Assembly: GCA_044356215.1 (NCBI GenBank)
Contig: JBIKWQ010000068.1
Span: 1 to 18,499 of the forward strand
Reading direction: 5' to 3'
Origin: Bdellovibrionota bacterium
Lineage (GTDB): Bacteria; Bdellovibrionota_C; UBA2361; OMII01
DNA length: 18,499 nucleotides
The notes beneath the pieces were generated by a model, which was not told the origin of the DNA, ran no database searches, and was given only the letters and a program-made list of their open reading frames with translations. Position numbers and translations under genes: made by a program. Shown here piece by piece: positions 8,675 through 16,462 of this stretch; position 1 is the stretch's first letter; each line of letters starts with the position of its first letter.

Positions 8675-8791
8675 CTAAAGCTAATCCAATACTAATTTTA
8701 AACCCAGCGGCCACCCAGCGAAGAGCTCCAGGGATAATAATCTTCCTCATTACTCGTAACCTCGGCGCGCCCCTAAACGCGCATATTCTCC

Positions 8792-10279
8792 CTACTCGCT
8801 CTTACTCAACTTAATCGTGTAATCAGAATAATTCCTCGCTCCTGAGCTATATTCTACTATCAAGTAATAGTCGCCATCTTCAGGTATGGTAAATACAGCC
8901 TCCAGCCCCTCTCCGGCTCCGCCTCCACGTTTATCCGATCTGACACGGATCTTAAGGCTGTCCACGACACTAAAAGAACAACTCGGCCCAGTCTCCGACT
9001 GAGGTACTATAGTGAATTGGTATTTTTCACCTTTTTTCGCGACAAGTTTAAATCTGTCCTCTGTGTCTGCCAGTCCACCGAAATTCTTCTGGTAAACCCC
9101 TGGTGCGATCGGAAGCGCCGTATCCTGGGAGTTTCCCGCGTCTGTATCGGTATCTAAATCACCCTTCCTACCGACACTAAACGTGAAAAATAGGTGATCC
9201 TTATGCACATTGTTTCCATATTTACCGACCAGAAAATAGTACCTACCCGTCTGACTGACGAAAAAATCATTCTTCCTCTCATCATTCGCGCTCATAGATT
9301 CTAAAAAAAGTTTCTCGACCGCTGCCTTTTCCGGACCATGTAGTTCTATTGTACCGCTACCAAACCCCTCTTTCTCAAAGGAGCCACTCAAAACTTTATC
9401 TCCCGTGCGTAAAATACCATGGATAAAATCGCCTGCTTTCAGATCAAGATAAAAATAATCTTTGTCCTCACCTATCTGATGATGATCGAGTTTTAATTGA
9501 ATTCCTAAATCGACGAGCTGAACGGCACTTGAATATCCGTTTCCTCCACGCACTTCTTTACCTTCAAAGAGCTCACGTGGTTTATCAACTATCGGCGCGG
9601 GCGTGCTAGTCGCTGTCGGCTCTGGAAGCGCGACAAACGCCTCTTTCGTAGCTTGCTTTAGAGACTCACTCAGTTTTTCGCCGTCTTTAGCGTCGAAGTA
9701 TCTTCCACCGGTAAAGCTAGCGATCGCCTGGAGCTGTTTACGCGCGTTATCATCAACGTTAAATCCTATAGTGTGAACAACGACTTTAAAACCCTCGTCT
9801 TTGAGCTTCTTAAGAACACCAACCGGATCCCCGCCACAGGTCTCTTCGCCGTCGCTTAGCACAACTATCACACGCTCAGACTCGCGCTCTTTAGAGGCTA
9901 GTTTCAGATCTTCGCCCGATTTTTCTAAGCTATAGGCTAGGGGCGTATAGCCCTTTGGCTGAAGAGCGCTAAGCGTTTTTTCCACTACTTCACGATCTAT
10001 TTTAGAAAACGGGTAGATTAGCTCGGTATCTCGGCAGCTCTCAACCTTGTTTGTTTGCTCAATTCGGTGAGCGAAGACTCGCACCGCCACTAGCTCATCC
10101 GCGGGGATGGCAGTCAACGCCTCTCTAAATGCTTTTCGGGCTAGATCTATCTGCGGAACGCCTTCTATCTTCTTTTTCATCGAGCCCGATAGATCGAGGA
10201 GAAACTCGACATCTGTCGCCGCGGACGCTTGAAAAATAGGAAGAATCAAGAGCGCTGTTAGGAGGGTTCTTTTGAGCAT
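8792..10279 (-). CDS. Secreted von Willebrand factor A domain protein with C-terminal PPC-like beta domains
   Basis: Signal peptide (...QASA). MIDAS residues DLSGS, GYTPL, LSDGEETCGGDP. VHTIGF. Pro/Thr linker PEPTATSTPAP. Two D.D.F...G.Y repeats typical of PPC domains. Confidence 0.88.
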   Translation of the reverse strand: MLKRTLLTALLILPIFQASAATDVEFLLDLSGSMKKKIEGVPQIDLARKAFREALTAIPADELVAVRVFAHRIEQTNKVESCRDTELIYPFSKIDREVVEKTLSALQPKGYTPLAYSLEKSGEDLKLASKERESERVIVVLSDGEETCGGDPVGVLKKLKDEGFKVVVHTIGFNVDDNARKQLQAIASFTGGRYFDAKDGEKLSESLKQATKEAFVALPEPTATSTPAPIVDKPRELFEGKEVRGGNGYSSAVQLVDLGIQLKLDHHQIGEDKDYFYLDLKAGDFIHGILRTGDKVLSGSFEKEGFGSGTIELHGPEKAAVEKLFLESMSANDERKNDFFVSQTGRYYFLVGKYGNNVHKDHLFFTFSVGRKGDLDTDTDAGNSQDTALPIAPGVYQKNFGGLADTEDRFKLVAKKGEKYQFTIVPQSETGPSCSFSVVDSLKIRVRSDKRGGGAGEGLEAVFTIPEDGDYYLIVEYSSGARNYSDYTIKLSKSE

Positions 10280-10383
10280 AGTTTCTAAGTAAAATCTTAA
10301 CTGTTTATCTTGGAAGAGATTACTCTGCGAGGGTTGTTTTAGAAAGGGGGCTAACTCGCTTTTGAAATTTGCGCCATACCAGA

Positions 10384-10869
10384 CTATTCCCCCTCAAAAA
10401 CAAACCGCATCCCCGCATCCTCGCACTTAAAGATCTCCATGACAGCTCGAATAAGAACAGAGCTATACTGCTTTGCCTCTCCTTTTGACTCAGCCTCTAT
10501 GCGCACTACTCCACGGGACAACCTGACAACTCTGATTTCGGCTTGTTGCTCTCCGGTTGGAAGCTCAAAGAGATAATGACTAACGCCAATCGAGTTAGTG
10601 CTCATACTAGAACGCATGAGAGGATCCTTAGGAGATTCTGGGGGCACCTCATCCGGCGCCGCGATCCTGACACGGCCAACCTCTGTAAAGCGCTTCAATC
10701 CCGGCGAAACTTCCTCGTGAAACATCTCTTTTGGTCGCACCCAAAGCTGCGCTAGGTCATTATCGTAAAGAGCACGATAGATCTCCATCGGTTCGCAGCT
10801 CTCTGAATGCAGCGCAGTTCCTAAGTGAATATATAAAAGCCCTTTGGTGTGTCGGTAGATGGTCCACAT
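10384..10869 (-). CDS. DUF1653-domain protein with a C-terminal extension
   Basis: YRHTKGLLY...ALHSE...IYRALY...LWVRPKEMF...RF is the DUF1653 signature. Confidence 0.85.
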   Translation of the reverse strand: MWTIYRHTKGLLYIHLGTALHSESCEPMEIYRALYDNDLAQLWVRPKEMFHEEVSPGLKRFTEVGRVRIAAPDEVPPESPKDPLMRSSMSTNSIGVSHYLFELPTGEQQAEIRVVRLSRGVVRIEAESKGEAKQYSSVLIRAVMEIFKCEDAGMRFVFEGE

Positions 10870-10886
10870 AGAAGCTCTGTTAAAAA

Positions 10887-11087
10887 TTAACTACTCAGCA
10901 AATTATGCCGCAATAATGTTCGCCCCTATTAAGGGGCGGATTTGCGGAGCAAAGCGGAGTGGAGATAATAACTACTCACCAGAAAAAGGCACCCCCGACT
11001 AGGGGTGACAAGAAAGAGAAAGCACTAAAATATTCCGTTTAGCGATGTTATGACTGCAACGAGCCAAAAATTCCGGTGAGTAGTTAC
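10887..11087. mobile_element. 201-bp MITE with IS66-like ends and an 8-bp target-site duplication
   Basis: Left end TTAACTACTCAGCAAATT; reverse complement of the right end GTAACTACTCACCGGAATT. Exact flanking direct repeat GTTAAAAA at 10879-10886 and 11088-11095. A third end-like copy TAACTACTCACCAGAA lies at 10969-10984. Confidence 0.8.
10982..11007 (-). terminator. Intrinsic-terminator-like hairpin inside the 201-bp MITE, downstream of the 1087-aa gene
   Basis: Minus strand reads CACCCC-tagtcg-GGGGTG-cc-TTTTT. Confidence 0.5.
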
Positions 11088-11088
11088 G

Positions 11089-14000
11089 TTAAAAATAATC
11101 TTTCAAAGAATCTACTCCGCGAATCCGAGCACCATCCGGAATCATCGAAGATCCGGGCCCCTTCTGTTGAGCACCCAGCCACTCGATGATACTTCCAATA
11201 GCTTCCCTTGCGTTCGGCGCGCTACCCAAGCTGGCCGCTTTAAGGTTGAAATATTGGGAGCCAAGAACGAACTCCAACAGGGTCTGCATCCCTACCGCCA
11301 TGATAGGAGCACCATCTGGTCCCCTTTGGTACATATGGTACTGGGCAAACCGACGGTCGCCCGTAGCGACAACTACTGGACACCCCCCTGGTAAATGTCG
11401 GCACAAATGCGTTATCGCCGTATCTCCCAACTGCGCATTGAAATAACGACTCGCAAAGGACGCGACGTGGTCAACTCCTTTCTTCCACGAATTGTTTAGA
11501 TGAACTTCCGCTTCTTCAAACAGAACCTTATCTTCTGGCCTATAGACGATCGCGATCTGGCTCGCGCTACCATCTGTTATTGGTGTACCACTCGGATCGT
11601 TTGATAATCTTACGTGAGCTACCTCATCAACAAACTTTTGGATATTTAATTTGCTAGAATAGTTGTAGGTCTTTATGTCAGCCGTCTTCACCGCTCCCGA
11701 ATCATCTAACCACCAGGCACTACCACTAACTTCAAAGAGAACACTCGCGGGGATGTACACTCTTTTATTCGCTCTCTGCGCAAATGCTTTTAAAACGCCA
11801 AGATAAGTCACGTCTGGTTGCGTCGCGTCAATCGGAGCCAACAAAACTATAAGAACCGAAGAATCAACGATTAAAACGCTGCTATTCTCGCTTGGTATTA
11901 CACTTAAAGCCGAAGCCGCTCTCTTTGCCTCACGACGCTCCTGAACAAGCTGAATGGTCTTCTGCAGCTCACCTTCGCGTATCCTCTCCTGCTCCTGCTC
12001 ACCTAGAATCCGACTAATCTCATTAAATTTCGATGATGGAATGTATCCGCTATTTCCAGATACTAAATCCTTACCTTCCCTAGTAAACCTCCACCCCGCG
12101 TCATTGGCGACATAAACCATACCAACTCGTGCGGCGAGATTCTTAAGCTCGCTTACTTTATGTAGATACGACTCAAGGGCATACAAAGCTCTTTCAAGCT
12201 TGTACGACTCCCGCTTATCAGGGTTAAGCACCTCGTTGATCTGACCCGGCTCGAACTTGACTTGAATCACCGAGCCCCCAGATTCTCTAATGACAATTCC
12301 CTCAACAAGTGACTCAAGAGCTTTAGAGTTGTCGTCTAACAAGATCTCCTGTCTCTTTTTTTCGATCTGTTGATCTATTATCCGAGCATCATCCTCAAGA
12401 CTAGTAAATTTCTTGGCTTTGACGCTAAAATTTACCCTCTCGTCATTTCGTAAAATGACCAGGCATTCGCCCCTCCTTGAGTCCCAATCGAGTATCAATC
12501 CGGGATGATTCACCTCAAGCTGAGGGAAGTAGGCGGGCTTAATCTGTATCTTACTAGCCGTCGGCTGATCTGCATTTACCTCTATCAGCAATGCTTTCAC
12601 TCGCCTCTTTATATTTAAATCTCCTAAACGGCTAAGAATTCGACTCTTGAATTTATCTTCGTATTTATCATCTCTATTTTTCGTCAAAATCGAGCTCTGT
12701 CTTCTTGTGAGATAGGTCTCAACCTCACCTGAAGAGAGAAGAAGCGTCGCCACGAGGACTCGAGTGTCAGGATCCTCGAGAAAGACCGTCTCTATCTGAG
12801 TCTTTATGTAATCGCTCTCGTTATAAACTTCGCTCACACCTGTGGCTATTCGATCAAGAGCCTCGTCAGTGGGTTGTCGGTATTCGTTCAGGTATTTCGC
12901 CTCTGGAAAGCCATAGCACCGAATAAGCCGAGTTAGGTTCTCCACCGAGAGAACTGCATCTACTAATTTTTTTACCTTTGGATCTCCTAGCTCTGCTGGA
13001 ACATCCCCGCGGTAATCAAGAAGACTAACAACACCAAACAACGACTCTAGAGCTTCTCGCTTTCTACTAAATTCTTGAGTCAAACCTACTTTTGTCAGCT
13101 TCTCTAAAAAATCTTTTGAATCAAGCGCGCGAGGAACCTCCTGGAATTCGCTGTGAAACTTTATGAGCTTTTCTTGCTTCTCTTGATCGGCCCTGATCCC
13201 TGCCTGCTCTTGGGCAATTTCATTTGCCCGATCCAACCTAGCATTTTCCTCAGACACCCTCTCGAGTTTAGCCTTCAGCTTTTCCCTTTCCCTAACCGTC
13301 TGCTTCACGTAACGATCAATTTGCCCGGACGCCCACTCGACAAAGGCGTTCTCTGAATCATTATTAAGCACAACCTCATCTAGATCGATCAGGGAGGAAA
13401 ACGTATCCTGACAGGCGCCCTCCGTGAAGGTTCTGAGTAGAAAAACAGGAAGCCTAACTGAGGTCTTGAGAAATGCGCCCTCTGCTTCGGTGATGGGAAT
13501 AGGGCTTTCGTCTCTACCTAACAGCCATCTTAAAGAAAATCTTCCAGTTAATTCAGATTGGCCTAGTACCCCCCTCAGATGCTCGACTTTTCGCGCATTT
13601 TCGGTTCTGGCAAGCCATCCGTTAGCCTCAGGCCCAACGCTCTCCACCAGTCGCTCAGCGAATTGGTCAAAACTCAACGATGACTGCGATGCAGCCGAGA
13701 AAAATCTCATAAATTTTGTTATTCTACTTCCAGGATTCGGCTCCCCTAGATCTCGCAGACGACTCGCGTAATCCGGGTACAAAGCCGAATATAAAGCAAA
13801 TGCGAACAGCACCGACGACTCCTCTCGCGTAGTTTTGTCCTCTGAATTTTCACAAAAGAACTTGGGGTAATAAAAAGCCGCCCAATGAATTGCTCTGTTA
13901 GCCATGACATCATTCACTAGCGAATTTTCGATATCCCGGCTAGGGAGTATCCCTATATCGCATGCCCCTGAGATATATCCTAGGCTACGAGCCCAGTCGA

Positions 14001-14352
14001 TAAAAGCAGTCTTATCTTCGTTGAAGAAAATTCTGACTATGTTTGTTTGAATCAAAGCTGCCTTTTGGAAGAAGAGACGATGAGCCGTTTTTTGGATCTC
14101 GCTCATGTCGGGATGCGGCATAGGCATCTGCCCTTCAAGATCCCTCGGAATCAGGGCCAAGTTAACCACGTAGCATAGGTTACGGGCCGATTCTTCCAGG
14201 CCTCTTAGTAAGTTTCTTCGAACTGCGTAATCTTTAAAATCCGGCACCTCCTCCTGCTGAGGCGACGTAATCCTAAACGCCTCTATACCAACAGGCTCAC
14301 GGATAACGATATCGCCCGCTGTATAATTTCTTTCATCTTTTATCTTTGTCAT
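11089..14352 (-). CDS. Large (1087 aa) protein with unrecognised helical/coiled-coil N-terminal and central regions and a C-terminal PIN-like nuclease domain
   Basis: Long intact ORF. C-terminal motifs VLIVDSSVL, VYIPASVLFEV, LGDTAI, VVVATGDRRF give the four acidic PIN residues in canonical order. Coiled-coil-like stretches such as REREKLKAKLERVSEENARL. No signal peptide. Confidence 0.75.
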   Translation of the reverse strand: MTKIKDERNYTAGDIVIREPVGIEAFRITSPQQEEVPDFKDYAVRRNLLRGLEESARNLCYVVNLALIPRDLEGQMPMPHPDMSEIQKTAHRLFFQKAALIQTNIVRIFFNEDKTAFIDWARSLGYISGACDIGILPSRDIENSLVNDVMANRAIHWAAFYYPKFFCENSEDKTTREESSVLFAFALYSALYPDYASRLRDLGEPNPGSRITKFMRFFSAASQSSLSFDQFAERLVESVGPEANGWLARTENARKVEHLRGVLGQSELTGRFSLRWLLGRDESPIPITEAEGAFLKTSVRLPVFLLRTFTEGACQDTFSSLIDLDEVVLNNDSENAFVEWASGQIDRYVKQTVREREKLKAKLERVSEENARLDRANEIAQEQAGIRADQEKQEKLIKFHSEFQEVPRALDSKDFLEKLTKVGLTQEFSRKREALESLFGVVSLLDYRGDVPAELGDPKVKKLVDAVLSVENLTRLIRCYGFPEAKYLNEYRQPTDEALDRIATGVSEVYNESDYIKTQIETVFLEDPDTRVLVATLLLSSGEVETYLTRRQSSILTKNRDDKYEDKFKSRILSRLGDLNIKRRVKALLIEVNADQPTASKIQIKPAYFPQLEVNHPGLILDWDSRRGECLVILRNDERVNFSVKAKKFTSLEDDARIIDQQIEKKRQEILLDDNSKALESLVEGIVIRESGGSVIQVKFEPGQINEVLNPDKRESYKLERALYALESYLHKVSELKNLAARVGMVYVANDAGWRFTREGKDLVSGNSGYIPSSKFNEISRILGEQEQERIREGELQKTIQLVQERREAKRAASALSVIPSENSSVLIVDSSVLIVLLAPIDATQPDVTYLGVLKAFAQRANKRVYIPASVLFEVSGSAWWLDDSGAVKTADIKTYNYSSKLNIQKFVDEVAHVRLSNDPSGTPITDGSASQIAIVYRPEDKVLFEEAEVHLNNSWKKGVDHVASFASRYFNAQLGDTAITHLCRHLPGGCPVVVATGDRRFAQYHMYQRGPDGAPIMAVGMQTLLEFVLGSQYFNLKAASLGSAPNAREAIGSIIEWLGAQQKGPGSSMIPDGARIRGVDSLKDYF

Positions 14353-14722
14353 TTTTCCGGCCGTTAGTCATTCGTTTCCGATGAATAATAGTAGGCAGCT
14401 CGAACCACCAATAAGTCCGATTTAATTGGGAAATGTCTCTGCTGATTAGAGAATTATACCTATCTCTGAAGCTCTACTCAAAATCTCGAAGGTAGCAATT
14501 TAATTATAGATAATATCTATAAACATCTAATGGCTACTGATTGAGATACAGGTCATTCAATAGTTCAGAGCTCTTCACTTGCTTAAAATCGTTCGGTATT
14601 CGAAAAAGCTCTGAATATCGATCTTAAAATCAGGTTAGTAATGTTAGCTCATATTAAGTCGCAGCTTGGCGAAGTAGCTCAATTTGACAAGAAAAAGGAC
14701 CCGCAAAAACAACTAGAATACG

Positions 14723-14749
14723 AGTCAAAAATAGTGCATAATTTTGACT
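14723..14749 (+). promoter_or_regulatory. Operator-like palindrome overlapping a putative -10 box directly before the ATPase start codon
   Basis: AGTCAAAA-N11-TTTTGACT. CATAAT at 14737-14742. ATG at 14751 with no SD. Confidence 0.45.
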
Positions 14750-14750
14750 T

Positions 14751-15905
14751 ATGTTCTTAAGAAGTCTTAACCTTATAAAATCTAACAGTTTTTTTCTATT
14801 CGGGGCTCGCGGTGTTGGCAAAACTACCCTGCTTGAAAACTATTTTCCCCCTGATGAAGCGTTGGTCTTAGACCTCCTTGATTCTGAACTTCATGCTCAG
14901 CTAGAAGCGCGGCCGGGGCGATTAAGAGACTTGGTACTTCAGGCTTGTAAGGAGTGGGTTATTATTGATGAGGTGCAGAAGGTTCCTCCATTGTTGGATG
15001 AGGTGCATTCGCTGATTGAGAGTAACAAGCAGAAATTCGCGCTCACCGGATCGAGCGCGAGGAAATTAAAGCGCGGCTCGGCAAACCTCCTAGCCGGGAG
15101 GGCTTTTGTATTCAATCTATTCCCGTTAACCCATATCGAGCTTGGGGATCATTTTCAATTAGAGAGTATCCTAACTTACGGGAGCCTACCGAAGATCTTT
15201 GAATTACAATCCGCTAGAGAGAAGATCCTGTTTCTGAAAGCATACGGCGACACGTATCTCAAAGAGGAGATCTTAATAGAGCAACTGATCAGAAACCTCC
15301 CACCTTTTCGCAAGTTCCTAGAGGCTGCCGCTACGCAAGATACCGAGCCAGTGAGCTACTCATCAATTTCGCGTGATATTCTAGTCGATCCAAAGATTGT
15401 CAAAAACTACTATTCAATCCTTGAAGATACCCTGCTCGGTTTTCTGCTTGAGCCGTATCACACATCACTTAGAAAGCGACAAAAAAACTCACCGAAATTT
15501 TACTGGTTTGATTTGGGCGTTAGAAGAGCACTCACTGGTAATATTGATTATGAGATCACCCCAGCCTCGTTTGAGTTTGGGGCGCTTTTTGAATCTTTTA
15601 TTGTCAATGAAATCCGCAGAATCCTTTCCTATTCTGAGAGGAGCCATTCTCTCTCATTCGTTCGGATCGACGAGAATTTGGAGGTGGATTTAGTAATTGA
15701 GCGTCCTGGGTTGCCGACATATCTCATTGAGATTAAATCTACCGATCGAGTTCATGAAGCTCATGTGAGGTCACTAAAAAAGTTCTCCCCGGAGATAAAG
15801 AGCTCGGTGCCCGTGCTACTTTCGCGAGATCCGATATCAAAAAATATCGACGGTGTAAGCTGCTTTGAGTGGCGCCGCGGATTGCGGGAGATCGGGATTG
15901 TTTAA
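14751..15905 (+). CDS. AAA_14-family ATPase with DUF4143 and a C-terminal PD-(D/E)XK nuclease-like region
   Basis: Walker A GARGVGKTT, Walker B VIIDEVQ, LTGSSA, LLAGRA, YGSLP, PKFYWFDLG, GALFES, EVDLVIE...IEIKS. Confidence 0.93.
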   Translation: MFLRSLNLIKSNSFFLFGARGVGKTTLLENYFPPDEALVLDLLDSELHAQLEARPGRLRDLVLQACKEWVIIDEVQKVPPLLDEVHSLIESNKQKFALTGSSARKLKRGSANLLAGRAFVFNLFPLTHIELGDHFQLESILTYGSLPKIFELQSAREKILFLKAYGDTYLKEEILIEQLIRNLPPFRKFLEAAATQDTEPVSYSSISRDILVDPKIVKNYYSILEDTLLGFLLEPYHTSLRKRQKNSPKFYWFDLGVRRALTGNIDYEITPASFEFGALFESFIVNEIRRILSYSERSHSLSFVRIDENLEVDLVIERPGLPTYLIEIKSTDRVHEAHVRSLKKFSPEIKSSVPVLLSRDPISKNIDGVSCFEWRRGLREIGIV

Positions 15906-15963
15906 GACGAAGTGATTGTGGGCACATGCGCCATTTCCAGTCCCGCAACTGCTATATTGAGGT

Positions 15964-16068
15964 TCACTATATGCGTCTATGGCGTTCTCCAAAAGCCCGC
16001 AGCAAAATCTCGGTTTTGGAGAACACTATCGATTCGCGGATGCGAATCAACACAACAACTTATAGTGA
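15964..16068. other. Multi-stem intergenic structure of unknown function
   Basis: Outer stem TCACTATA/TATAGTGA encloses GTTCTCCAAAA..TTTTGGAGAAC (15984-16024, 11 bp perfect) and GATTCGC-ggat-GCGAATC (16031-16048). Confidence 0.5.
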
Positions 16069-16089
16069 TGTACGAGGTCGAGTAGCTAG

Positions 16090-16340
16090 GGAAGGCCGGC
16101 AAAACCCCTCCCTACTGCGAAAGCGGATCTTGAGCTGCTCTTCGAGCTTTCGAGATGGGAAAAAATCCTCAATGTATCACAGTGGATACACTTCCGACCT
16201 TCGCTAAAGCTACGGCCGGCGAGATAATGTAGGACCAGACGTAGCCTTGGCGTAGTCTGGTGCGGTTTTTTCCCATCTCGAAAATCGAATATCAACTCAA
16301 CCTCCACTTTCTCGCTACGGGTAGGTTTTGCCGGCCTTCC
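16090..16340 (-). mobile_element. 251-bp IS5-like MITE, copy 2 (inverted relative to copy 1)
   Basis: Same 17-bp TIRs (16090-16106, 16324-16340). Direct repeat CTAG at 16086-16089 and 16341-16344. Confidence 0.93.
16194..16261. repeat. 68-bp REP-like inverted doublet nested in MITE copy 2
   Basis: Exact reverse complement of 8503-8570. Copy 3 has the empty junction GATACACTT|GCGGTTTTTT. Confidence 0.8.
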
Positions 16341-16462
16341 CTAGGGGAAGTTACCTTCCCCCTTTCTTTGGACACCCATCAGATAGAAAAATCTGGGTTC
16401 AGCACCTCGTCACATACCGCTTAAGCAACTTTCCCCTCCCCTTTTTCGAACACTCCCTGTGT

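Larger units (their letters stand above)
8229..8790 (-). pseudogene. C-terminal half of a NitT/TauT/SsuC-type ABC transporter permease, interrupted by MITE copy 1 and lacking its N-terminal half
   Basis: Removing 8424-8674 plus one CTAA gives one frame from ATG 8750: MRKIIIPGALRWVAAGFKISIGLA|LVGAFIGDFVSSQAGLGHYILTAGSLYDMPRVIFGVLLLSLLAL... A frameshifted EAA-loop remnant (EYARLG/APRLRV) lies just upstream, abutting the VWA gene stop. Confidence 0.88.

Noticed and set aside
8457..8678. Repeated 73-aa ORF (also 16086-16307) as a real small protein
   Set aside because: It lies wholly in the MITE, takes its stop codon from the target duplication, and the 68-bp indel in copy 3 would shift its frame.
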